This document shows, piece after piece, positions 10,529 through 19,402 of a stretch of DNA of 64,000 bases (position 1 is the first letter of the stretch; each line of letters begins with the position of its first letter). Under the pieces are notes generated by a model. It did no database searches and was not told the DNA's origin. It saw only the letters and a program-made list of their open reading frames with translations. The position numbers and the translations under genes are program-made. Source of the stretch: Pelagomonas calceolata (taxonomy: Eukaryota); contig CAKKNE010000001.1 in the NCBI GenBank assembly GCA_918797485.1, positions 1,922,001-1,986,000 on the forward strand, read 5' to 3'.

Positions 10529-11713
10529 ATGGACGCCCTCACAGCCAAACTCAGCAAGATGTCCAAGCCCCAGATCATTTTGACGGCGGCGGGCGCGGGC
10601 ATCGCCATGGCCATCGCGTATCGACTGGCCGACCGCACGCTCGACAGTATCATACCGAAGAAGAAACCAGAAGAGGAAATAGTGGAAGATGAGCCCAAGG
10701 CGCACGCCGCGCCGCCGGCCGAGGGCGCCAAGGTGCTGAGCGGGTGCTACGACGTGAAAATCGGGGATCGAGTTGTTGCCGATGTGGCCCATAAAAATGT
10801 CCGGGCGGGCGACGTCGGGAGGGTTGTCGGTTTAGTCGCGGGGCGAGGGTCGGAGGCGGGCCGCGCGCGAGTGAATTTTGAGGGAGATAGAGGAGAGTAC
10901 AACTACATGATGGGCCAGCAGTGCCATAGATTACCGATCGTTGATGACATTGTTGTGGGGGATCAGGTGATTGTGGCGGCGACGGGCAAGCGAGGTGTTA
11001 TAGCAGGTGGCTGCGAAGGGAGCGCCACGAAGGTGCAGGTCGACGTTGATGGTAAAACAGTTATTGTGGAACGGGAGGACCTCGATCATGCGCCGCTCGT
11101 GGGCAAGTTCCTGACGAAGGGTGACTGTGTCCGGGCTTGTGCTCCTTTTGAGCACGTCGGGGTTGGTGATAGAGGCGTCGTGGCGGGGCCCTGTTCGTCG
11201 CTAGGCTTGGACTCCTTCCGCTCTAGAGTTCTGGTGGACTTCGGGACGAAGGGGCGCTACAACTACACGCGCGCGCAATTGGCCTTTGAAAGTCTCGTGG
11301 GAGACTACGCGAAAGAAGATAAAGTGGTAGCGACGCAGCCCTTGCCCGGTGTCCCTGTGGGTGAGACTGGTGTGGTCATTGGACTCGCAAGACCTCGGGG
11401 CTGTGCTGCGCTACGAGTAGATTTTGGACCGAGAGGAACCGTAGACGCCGACGTCAATAGTTTAGACCACGCTCCCCTCGTCCCGGGCCACCGCATCAAG
11501 AAGGGCGACCGCATCGTCGCGAAGGTCGCCTATGAAGAAACGGAGGTCGGCGATGTGGGAGTGGTGGTCGGCCCCTGCGACCGCGAGATGCACGCGCGGG
11601 ACTTGAGAGTGTGTGTCTTGTGGGAGCGCACGAAGGCCAAGAACAACTGGCAGCCGGGGCGCCACATCGAGCTCGCGTCCGAGTCGCGGCGCATGGAGTC
11701 GTCGGCGCAGTAG
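10529..11713 (+). CDS. N-terminally anchored protein with five SH3/KOW-like beta repeats
   Basis: Repeats of GDxVxA..VxxGDxGxVxG..RVxVDFG; N-terminal hydrophobic helix. Confidence 0.8.
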   Translation: MDALTAKLSKMSKPQIILTAAGAGIAMAIAYRLADRTLDSIIPKKKPEEEIVEDEPKAHAAPPAEGAKVLSGCYDVKIGDRVVADVAHKNVRAGDVGRVVGLVAGRGSEAGRARVNFEGDRGEYNYMMGQQCHRLPIVDDIVVGDQVIVAATGKRGVIAGGCEGSATKVQVDVDGKTVIVEREDLDHAPLVGKFLTKGDCVRACAPFEHVGVGDRGVVAGPCSSLGLDSFRSRVLVDFGTKGRYNYTRAQLAFESLVGDYAKEDKVVATQPLPGVPVGETGVVIGLARPRGCAALRVDFGPRGTVDADVNSLDHAPLVPGHRIKKGDRIVAKVAYEETEVGDVGVVVGPCDREMHARDLRVCVLWERTKAKNNWQPGRHIELASESRRMESSAQ

Positions 11714-11755
11714 CGACCTTTTTTGAACCCCCTCGCCCCGACTAACACTACCACA

Positions 11756-12376
11756 TTACACGTACGGGACGAGGTCCTCCTTCGCATAGAGCTCAAGCTC
11801 GAGGCCGACTTCGTAGAACGACGTCACCGAGTCGACGGGGATCTCGGAATCGGTATGCGCGAGCGTCAGCGACCCGCACATGGTACGTATGGCGCCCTTC
11901 GTCACCTCCTGGAGCAGCGCGTAGTCTTTGTAGTACGGCGCGAGGGGCCGTTCCCGCGCGCGGTTCTTCGCCGCGAGCGCGTCGTCGACGGCGGACTCGA
12001 GCGCCGCGAGATCCAGGGTCGCCGCCAGCGCGTCGTAGCCGACCTCCAGGATCACGCCGTCCCGCGGCGCGTTCGGCGCGTGCTCAGGGTCGATCGCCGC
12101 GGGCAGCGTCACGAGCGCTCGGGGTATCGCGAGCTCTTCGGCCACGGCGCGCGTGATCGCCGAGATTCCGGTGGGCTCCAGTGGGTCGCCTTGCGTCACG
12201 AGAATGGCTTGCCGCTCGGTTATCCGCGGCCGCAGCGCCGCGGCGACGCGTCGTGCCACCTCGGCCGGGTCGCGCTGGTCCCGTCGGCCGGTGCCTCCCT
12301 CGACTACTATCGGTGCGAAGTCTTTGAGCTTCGTGAGTGCGGCCGTGCCTGTCAACAGGCTGCTGCAGACCTTCAT
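11756..12376 (-). CDS. Hypothetical alpha/beta protein
   Basis: 206-aa ORF with GC3 bias and globular composition (ILVTQGDP..GISAIT). Confidence 0.7.
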   Translation of the reverse strand: MKVCSSLLTGTAALTKLKDFAPIVVEGGTGRRDQRDPAEVARRVAAALRPRITERQAILVTQGDPLEPTGISAITRAVAEELAIPRALVTLPAAIDPEHAPNAPRDGVILEVGYDALAATLDLAALESAVDDALAAKNRARERPLAPYYKDYALLQEVTKGAIRTMCGSLTLAHTDSEIPVDSVTSFYEVGLELELYAKEDLVPYV

Positions 12377-12642
12377 GGTACCTCGTCGTCACAGTGCAGG
12401 CGCGTCGTCACGGCTCGTCGTCAGAGTGCAGAGGCAGTGCTTGTGCAAGCACGGCTGCTCAGCTTTGCAGCCTCGTAGCGATGCGCAGCGATGTAATTTC
12501 GCGTGGCACTCGCGAAGCTGGCTTAAGTAACGATTGTAGCTCAACTTTTCACACGTATGATGCGGCTTACTCAAGGTGCGGCTCAATTTTGAGCAAAAAT
12601 GGGTGCGCGAAACCCGCGATTAAAAAACTACAAAACCTCCCC

Positions 12643-13197
12643 TTACCCGTCCATCGTCTGCCTTCCTAAATAAATCTCCATGATCGGGTGGACCGCGAAG
12701 TCCGCGATGCGGTCCCGGTACTTCATCTTCAAATCCACGAGGTCCGCGTCGAACGTGTCGAACATCGACTGCACGAGCTCCTCCAATTGTTCGAAGTCCA
12801 TGCGGTCGTCCCCAAAGTACTCGCAGGTCTTGGCCATGCTCACGAAGCAGCTCTGGACGTCTTCTTGACTCAAATAACCACTGCCTTTTTCATCCCAAAT
12901 TTCCAGGGCGATGTGTATCCTTTCTTCCAGCGTGTTGTTCGTGATCGTCGCTAGTCCACTCAAAAATGGCTTCGAGGGCACCTCGTCGTTCCCTCGCTTA
13001 TCATACAACGTGAATAACCGCTCGTGAATATCCCTATCACTTTCATCGACGCTACAAGCGACCTCGGCCGCCTCCCAGCCCTCCCTATGTATAGTTTTTT
13101 TTCCATCTTTTTCAGCCTTCTTCTTCAAGGCGAGCAACTCCTGCCGGTTCGACTGGTAGACCTGGCTGATCACCGCCACGTTCATCGTATTGCCCAT
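12643..13197 (-). CDS. Myristoylated EF-hand protein (calcineurin B/recoverin-like)
   Basis: MG start; LFTLYDKRGNDEV and IWDEKGSGYLSQED EF-hands. Confidence 0.85.
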   Translation of the reverse strand: MGNTMNVAVISQVYQSNRQELLALKKKAEKDGKKTIHREGWEAAEVACSVDESDRDIHERLFTLYDKRGNDEVPSKPFLSGLATITNNTLEERIHIALEIWDEKGSGYLSQEDVQSCFVSMAKTCEYFGDDRMDFEQLEELVQSMFDTFDADLVDLKMKYRDRIADFAVHPIMEIYLGRQTMDG

Positions 13198-13657
13198 GGT
13201 GGCTGGTGGCTGGTGTGTAGGTACGGTAGGGCGGTGCGGGCAGCTTTCTGCGGCCGCGCTGGGACGCGGTAGGTTCTGCTCGACGCGTCGACGGCGTGGT
13301 GCGGACGGAGCGAGGCGTGGGAGCCTGACAAGGGGCGCGCCAAGCGCTGTTTTTCACACGAATCACGGGTTTTTCTCAAGGGATGGGCCGCCGAGAGCGA
13401 CCCCGCGAGCCTTCCCACGAGAACTGCAGCGCTGAGCGACGCCGGGCTCCGCTCGACCAAACTCTAGCTGGGACTGGTGTGCCGACTGCCATCGTCCGCA
13501 CGTGGGCGTGTGCGCGCGCGGCCCCGTCTGAAAAAGGACTCAGGGGCGTCGTCGAGGACCACTGACCACTCGTGCGGCTGCCCGACGAGCAGGAACCACT
13601 CCAGTGCCCGGGACCTCACCGGAGGGTCGGGGCCAGCAACCAGTCCAGCGGCAGACC

Positions 13658-15826
13658 ATGGGGGCTGGAGGCTCGACGGCCGGCGCGGCGGGCGACGACG
13701 AGGTCGAGTTCCGACCTAGAAGGCAGCGCTACGCGGGACCCGGCACGCAGCCCGTCCCGCCGGGCCATCTGCGGGTGAGGGTCCCGCCCGGCCTCGGTCC
13801 TGGTAGTGAAGCCGCGTTTCAGACGCCTGATGGGAGAGTCATGCGCGCCGTGATTCCGGCCGGCGCTAGAGCCGGTTCGGTGTTTGATGTCAGACTCCCA
13901 CCGCGGCGCGACATCTCGGTGAGCGAGCGGCAAGAAGTGAATGACATGGCAGCCCGCCAATTGAGTGCGATGGCTGCTGTCCGAAACACCTTGGGCGACG
14001 TGGTCATTGACGACGAAGCCATCGAGGGGGCGTTGGTCGTGCACAACTTCGACGTGGAGAAGGCCGTGGCCCATTTGATCGAGAGCGGCGCGCTCACGCA
14101 GCGCGTGGCCAACGACTCCGGGACGCAATTAGTCAATCAACACTCCCGGGACGTCGGCGAGGACGCGCCCCTGCTCACGACGGCGCCGTCGCCGAAGCCC
14201 TCGGCGGACGCCTACGTGAATGAATTAAATAGGCCGCTCGAGACGCAAGTCAACCCGCTGCGGGCGGGCCTGGCTTTGGAAAGCGGCCAATCGCTGACGA
14301 GGGGCCGGCCGCACCGCCTCGACGAGTCGAAGGACGTGCTGGATCCATCAAGGTGCTTGCTGAGCGACGGCGGCAGCGCCGCGGACGCCAAGCCCGCCCC
14401 CAGTGACTTCCGGGCGGTCGACGCGAGCGGGGCGGAGGCCAAGACCGCGGCGCTGCAGCGCCTCGGCGCGCGAGACGCGGCGCGGGCCGACGCCAAGGCC
14501 GCCGCGCCCGTGAACGCGTCGCCTGGCGCGGGGCAAGCGACGACAGCTCCAGCCGTCTTCGAGCGGCAGAACGCCGCCGCCGTCCGCAGTTTAGCTCAAT
14601 CGCCCCTCACAACAACGGCAACAGCGGACCTCCTCGACTTCACGGCGTCCGCGAAAGACGAGCCCGCCCAGTTCTTCGAACCACAAAACATGAGCGACGC
14701 CGACGCCAAGGAAGCCTTACAGGTCGTCGAGGCCAAGGAGGCCGCGGAAGATACTCCGGTCACTACATTGGAAGTAGTGGACTCGCACGTCGACCGCATA
14801 TCGATGGAAGACATCGGAAAATGCACAAATAACTTCGGGACTTGTCTCGGCGAAGGCGGCGTCGGAAGTGTTTATAGGGGCAATCGTAATGGGGATGTGG
14901 CGGTGAAGCGGCTGAGAAACTTCTTCTCCGAGGGTTATGATTTCGTCGTCGAGGTGAACGTGTTGGCGCGCCTTGGACATAGGAACCTGGTGCCGCTGTT
15001 GGGCTACACGTGCGACGCGACGGAGCGGTGTTTAGTGTATGAGTTCTGCAAGGGCGGGTCGGTGTTTGCCAAATTGCGGACGCCGCGCGCGTTAACCTGG
15101 TCCGACCGGTTGGATATCGCGGACGACGTCGCGAGCGGCCTGAAACATTTGAGGGAGAACGACGTCGTGCACGGCGGCGTGAAGACGACGAATATCCTAC
15201 TAGCGAGCAGTGAACCGCCCTACGTCGCGAAGCTGGGCGATGGGGGCCTCGGACGACTATTGGTCAGAAATGAGGGCAAGCCGGTCATCCCACAGACAGC
15301 CGTGGACCACTCTCGAGGTTATGTAGATCCCGCCTATGCGAAGAAGGGGAACGTGGTGGCTGCCTCCGACGTCTACGCTTGTGGGGTGGTGCTGCTGGAA
15401 CTGCTGTCGGGCCAGCTGCCGTTTACTCCTGGAAGGGAGCCTCCAGCACTCGCACAATTCGCCTTTGACGCCGACTACGACGAGAAAACTCTGTTGGATC
15501 CGACATTGTCCGACTGTCCGCCGAGAGTGGCTTCTGGTCTGTCAGAAGTCGCGGCCAAGTGCCTCTCCGAAAAACGAAAGCAGCGCTGCAAAATTAGGGA
15601 AGTGAGCGAATCATTACATGATCTGCGGGACGCGATGCGCAACTTCCGGATGGCGACCTTATCGAGGACGGGCCTGACGCCCGTGCGTCGAGGGGCTGCG
15701 TCGTTACAGGCCGTGAGGGCGGTCAGCGCCTTCGGCGGCCTCGGCAGCGCGCGGCCGTTGCGACCGGCGCCCGTGCTCCAGCAGTCACCAGGTACAAGAC
15801 TAGGAGCAAAGCCGCTGCCGTTCTAA
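13658..15826 (+). CDS. Myristoylated UBA-containing IRAK/Pelle-like (TKL) pseudokinase
   Basis: MGAGGS start; ALVVHNFDVEKAVAHL UBA; GEGGVGSVY, VAVK, HGGVKTTN, DGG, GYVDPAY, SDVY. Confidence 0.85.
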   Translation: MGAGGSTAGAAGDDEVEFRPRRQRYAGPGTQPVPPGHLRVRVPPGLGPGSEAAFQTPDGRVMRAVIPAGARAGSVFDVRLPPRRDISVSERQEVNDMAARQLSAMAAVRNTLGDVVIDDEAIEGALVVHNFDVEKAVAHLIESGALTQRVANDSGTQLVNQHSRDVGEDAPLLTTAPSPKPSADAYVNELNRPLETQVNPLRAGLALESGQSLTRGRPHRLDESKDVLDPSRCLLSDGGSAADAKPAPSDFRAVDASGAEAKTAALQRLGARDAARADAKAAAPVNASPGAGQATTAPAVFERQNAAAVRSLAQSPLTTTATADLLDFTASAKDEPAQFFEPQNMSDADAKEALQVVEAKEAAEDTPVTTLEVVDSHVDRISMEDIGKCTNNFGTCLGEGGVGSVYRGNRNGDVAVKRLRNFFSEGYDFVVEVNVLARLGHRNLVPLLGYTCDATERCLVYEFCKGGSVFAKLRTPRALTWSDRLDIADDVASGLKHLRENDVVHGGVKTTNILLASSEPPYVAKLGDGGLGRLLVRNEGKPVIPQTAVDHSRGYVDPAYAKKGNVVAASDVYACGVVLLELLSGQLPFTPGREPPALAQFAFDADYDEKTLLDPTLSDCPPRVASGLSEVAAKCLSEKRKQRCKIREVSESLHDLRDAMRNFRMATLSRTGLTPVRRGAASLQAVRAVSAFGGLGSARPLRPAPVLQQSPGTRLGAKPLPF

Positions 15827-15937
15827 CCACAAGTATATTGTTATTAATCGCTGCATCCTGGTCCCGTTGTTTGGAACGCGGTACTCGCAGAAGTCGCAGT
15901 CACATCACATGAGATAGCGTCGATGGCGGGGAGCAAC

Positions 15938-16753
15938 TCACCGGTCGCTGTCGAGCACGAGCTCATAAACCGGGACGCCCGCCTTTGCATACTTCCTCTC
16001 AAAAAGCGTCAGCGGATCATGCAAATCAGACAGTTCGTAGGGTCCTTTCGATACGAGGTCTGGCCTGATACCCAGCTCACCCGCCCTGCGACAAGCGAGG
16101 CGGAACTCCTCGAGGTACGTCCGCCACGACGCGCGCACCGTCAATTTGTGACCGCAGGCTTGTAACAGAGAAGGCAGGCTCGCGTGGCCCTGGAAGCGCA
16201 TTTTCAAGTGTTTATCTTTCGGGTACGGGTTGGGGTACAACAGATACGTCTCCTCCACCCTCAGATCGTTTGAATCGTTCAGGAGGCGCCAGAAGTCGCC
16301 CAGTTCCGCCCGGAGCAGCAATGCGTTGTCCGGCGCGTCGTTTGATTTTGAAAGGCGCGCCTCCGAGCGGTCGACCCCGATCACGGTTCTGTCCGGGTGG
16401 CGCGCGGAGAGCTTCAGCGTGCTGCGGCCCGTGCCGCAGCCCGCGTCGATGATGAGAGGCGCGGCTCGGCTTCTGGCGAACTCTGCTGCCGTTTGGAACG
16501 CTGCTCGTGTGTGCGCCGCGATTGGTCTTTTGTTAAGGTACGTCGCGTGCTGCGCGACGTGCCTTTCTACGAGTTGATGGACGGCCGCCTCGTCGACGTC
16601 GCGTTCCGGGATGGCGTAGATGCTGGACGCGTCGTCTGGGGCCGCGTGAAGTGCTGCTGCTCGCAGTGCACCTGTCTTGGCTCGCAGCAGCCTCCTCGCA
16701 CCGAGTGTTGCAGTTCTGCTGATCGAGAGCATCATGAGCAGTATGTAGAGCAT
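15938..16753 (-). CDS. TrmB-like tRNA (guanine-N7) methyltransferase, probably organelle-targeted
   Basis: IIDAGCGTG SAM motif, VIGVDRS, YLLYPNPYPK, TLFERKY; hydrophobic N-terminus. Confidence 0.85.
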   Translation of the reverse strand: MLYILLMMLSISRTATLGARRLLRAKTGALRAAALHAAPDDASSIYAIPERDVDEAAVHQLVERHVAQHATYLNKRPIAAHTRAAFQTAAEFARSRAAPLIIDAGCGTGRSTLKLSARHPDRTVIGVDRSEARLSKSNDAPDNALLLRAELGDFWRLLNDSNDLRVEETYLLYPNPYPKDKHLKMRFQGHASLPSLLQACGHKLTVRASWRTYLEEFRLACRRAGELGIRPDLVSKGPYELSDLHDPLTLFERKYAKAGVPVYELVLDSDR

Positions 16754-16815
16754 CGCTAAAAGTTCAGATATGCATTAATGGGGTCGGCAGCGCCCAAAAA
16801 CTCAGGCGAAGCCGC

Positions 16816-16843
16816 GCTAGCGGCATGTAAGACACTAGCAAGC
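16816..16843 (+). promoter_or_regulatory. Copy of recurrent CTAG-bracketed upstream motif
   Basis: gctagcggcatgtaagacactagcaagc, identical to 44440-44467; 63 nt upstream of ATG 16753(-). Confidence 0.65.
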
Positions 16844-16942
16844 GGGCCCGGGGGGAGCGGGAGGGGTACGGGGGACCCCGCGACGTAACTAGCCTGAGCC
16901 TGAGCGGATTTTCTCGGGAACTAGACCTCTTACCACACCAAC

Positions 16943-18778
16943 TTACACATTATCGTCTCTACTATCCTCTTCGTCCAGCTCGTCGACCCATCCCGCGCGA
17001 GCGTCGGGGAACGCGTCGCAGTAGGGTACGTACGGCTTGATATCCAAAACCGGCGTCCCATCCAACAGATCCAGGCCCTGGACGGTGAGCTCCAATTTTT
17101 CCTCGTCTACGTCTATCAATCGTAGCGCCGACAGCGAGATCGGCGACGGGCGGTGCGGCGCGCGTGTGGCAAAGACGCCGTGGCGCTCGTCGCCGCGCGG
17201 CGGCTTGATCTGGAACCGCCGCAATTTTCCAGTTTGCAGGTGCATGTGCGCGAGGACCCAGACGTAGTCGAAGCCGTCCAGCGACTTGAGCGACCCGCGG
17301 AACTCGGGATTCAGCGCGATCACGCCCAATTCGTCATTGCCAACGGTGGCCTGCCGCGGCGTCCCGTGGCGTTCGACGTAGGGCGACCGCACGACGCCGA
17401 TCGGCGCGTAGGACACGGAAGAAGGCGCCTCAAACCGTGTCGCGTAGTCGCGCAGCGGCGGCGTCGCGCCACCTCGAACACTTAACGACTTCAGGCACGC
17501 GGCCGCCGCGCGGCGGCCCGACGCGAGCGCGCCGTTCAGCGACGGGTCCGTGAGGTGGTCGCCGCAGACGTATATCGAGTCCGAGTACGCAGGCGAGCCC
17601 TCTAGATCAGGCTTGTCCAGCTGCTGTCGGGGCTGGGCGAAGGGTACGCGGTAGACACGCTCGAAGGTCCAGCTTCCGACGTTCGCGTCCGGAAACAATG
17701 TCGCGAGGTGGCTTCTCGCCGCGGCTTCCACGTCGTCAGGTACATCTGTGAGTGAGTCTATAATCGTCGCGGAGCAGAGCGCCCGGCCTTCTGGCGCGTA
17801 GGACGATTGCACGTTCGACGGGAAGCAGACGTTGTTCAGGGGACCGTCGTCTGGTATCAAGAGAATGATCGGCAGTTGTGTAGGCAGGTCCCTTGCATCG
17901 AGCGAGAAGTAGACGCACGTGGACGCGCGCACTTGGACCGGTTTTAGGTCCGGAAGGAGCTTTGGCAGAGCGGGCCCGTCGACCGCGACGACGACGCGGT
18001 CGAATTGGAGCGTCTCGCCGTTGACGTCGATAGAACCCTCACGGACGGCGTCGACCTTCGCATTCAATCGCACGTCCACGCTGGCGGCGAGCTGCTCCGC
18101 CACGGCGCCGATGCCGTCTTGTGGCAGCGACGTCGGCGCCGCGGAGAGCGCCCGGAAGGCCAACAACCACACTCGCGGATCCTGGTCTTCGAGCCTCGAC
18201 AGAAACACGCCGCGGAAGAACGGCTCGAAGAAGGCGTCCAAGAGGCGCGGACCGACGCCTACCTTATCCGAGAGGAAGTCCCGCGCATTGGTGGAGCTTT
18301 GCGTCCACGCACCATTCCTAATCCCCGCGGCGTCGAGCGCGAGGCAGCCCGTGCGCAGGGCGCCGGCGCGGAGCTTGTCGGCGAGCGAGCCCACGGGCGC
18401 GCGCAGCGACGGGAGGAGGTCCTGCGGCCGCCTTAACGGATCGCCGACAAATTGCCGCTCGCTGTCTCGACAGACGAGCGCACCGGGCTGGAAGGGCCGC
18501 AACCGCAGCGCGTCGTAGTCCAAAGCTTCTCGTGATTCTTCATAAGCCTCGAGGAACACCGCAAAACCTCTATCAAAGACGTAGCCGCGCTCGCGGTCGG
18601 ATCGTACGCGCCCGCCGACGCCGTCGGACGCCTCGAAGACCGTGACGTCGCAGTTAGGCTGCAGTTTTCGGGCGCAGTTGAGGCCGCTGACTCCTGCGCC
18701 CACTATGGCGACTTTTGGTCGCGCAGGTGTTATTGCTGCCACTGCTGCTATGAGGCACAGGTGCTGATGTGCAGGCAT
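16943..18778 (-). CDS. Fusion of a flavin amine-oxidase-family oxidoreductase and TrmO/TsaA tRNA m6t6A37 methyltransferase
   Basis: IVGAGVSGL, EASDGVGGRV, VCGDH..LNGALASG; then IGVVRSPY..GTPRQ, GVFATRAPHRP, GLDLLDGTPVLDIKPY. Confidence 0.88.
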   Translation of the reverse strand: MPAHQHLCLIAAVAAITPARPKVAIVGAGVSGLNCARKLQPNCDVTVFEASDGVGGRVRSDRERGYVFDRGFAVFLEAYEESREALDYDALRLRPFQPGALVCRDSERQFVGDPLRRPQDLLPSLRAPVGSLADKLRAGALRTGCLALDAAGIRNGAWTQSSTNARDFLSDKVGVGPRLLDAFFEPFFRGVFLSRLEDQDPRVWLLAFRALSAAPTSLPQDGIGAVAEQLAASVDVRLNAKVDAVREGSIDVNGETLQFDRVVVAVDGPALPKLLPDLKPVQVRASTCVYFSLDARDLPTQLPIILLIPDDGPLNNVCFPSNVQSSYAPEGRALCSATIIDSLTDVPDDVEAAARSHLATLFPDANVGSWTFERVYRVPFAQPRQQLDKPDLEGSPAYSDSIYVCGDHLTDPSLNGALASGRRAAAACLKSLSVRGGATPPLRDYATRFEAPSSVSYAPIGVVRSPYVERHGTPRQATVGNDELGVIALNPEFRGSLKSLDGFDYVWVLAHMHLQTGKLRRFQIKPPRGDERHGVFATRAPHRPSPISLSALRLIDVDEEKLELTVQGLDLLDGTPVLDIKPYVPYCDAFPDARAGWVDELDEEDSRDDNV

Positions 18779-19000
18779 GGCTGCCAGCGCTCGAATTGGT
18801 GCGTTGTTTCGCGCTCAAGAGATGAATGAGAGCTCGAAAAGACGCGCTGCCGTGCTATAACTGCACGACGCGTGGTCGTCACCAGCCAGCGCCAAGTTTT
18901 GGCCACAATGCGCGGGTTTTCGCGATTATCCGAACCGCTCGCTGCCCGTTCGCGCCATGCAGCAGGGGTGCTCAGAAAAGCAGAGGATGTTTCAACCTTA

Positions 19001-19186
19001 TCACGCGGCGCCCGACGACGAAGCCGCGGCGCGCGCGGCCAGCGCCTTGCGCGCGTCTTCCAGCGCCCTCTGAACACTGGGCGTATCAGGATGAGATGGC
19101 CCGAACACGCGAGTCCACAACGGTGCGACTGACCCGAGCGTCTCCACGCTCTCGCGGAGATCGTCGAGCGTAGCACCGTCTTTCTT
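19001..19186 (-). pseudogene. 5'-truncated fragment of a TPR-like multicopy family
   Basis: Translates KKDGATLDDLRESVETLGSVAPLWTRVFGPSHPDTPSVQRALEDARKALAARAAASSSGAA*; no ATG. Confidence 0.7.
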
Positions 19187-19190
19187 ACGG

Positions 19191-19385
19191 AGAGTATGGA
19201 TTTACGCGAATACGCTCTACATGGATGCCAGCGCCACGCTCGACGATTACCGCGAGGCCGTGGAGACGCTCGAGTCCGTCGCACGCTTTTGGACGCGCAT
19301 ATTCGGACCGGCGCATCCCGAGACACCCTCTGTCCAGGGTGCGCTGAAAGAGGCGCGCGAGGCGCTGGCCGCGCGCGCCGCGTAA
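19191..19385 (+). pseudogene. Second 5'-truncated fragment of the same family, opposite orientation
   Basis: Translates RVWIYANTLYMDASATLDDYREAVETLESVARFWTRIFGPAHPETPSVQGALKEAREALAARAA*. Confidence 0.7.
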
Positions 19386-19402
19386 GTTACTAACAAGACT
19401 CC

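Noticed and set aside
16816..16843. Motif copies as CRISPR repeats
   Set aside because: Dispersed kilobases apart in both orientations; no spacer array or cas genes; eukaryotic context
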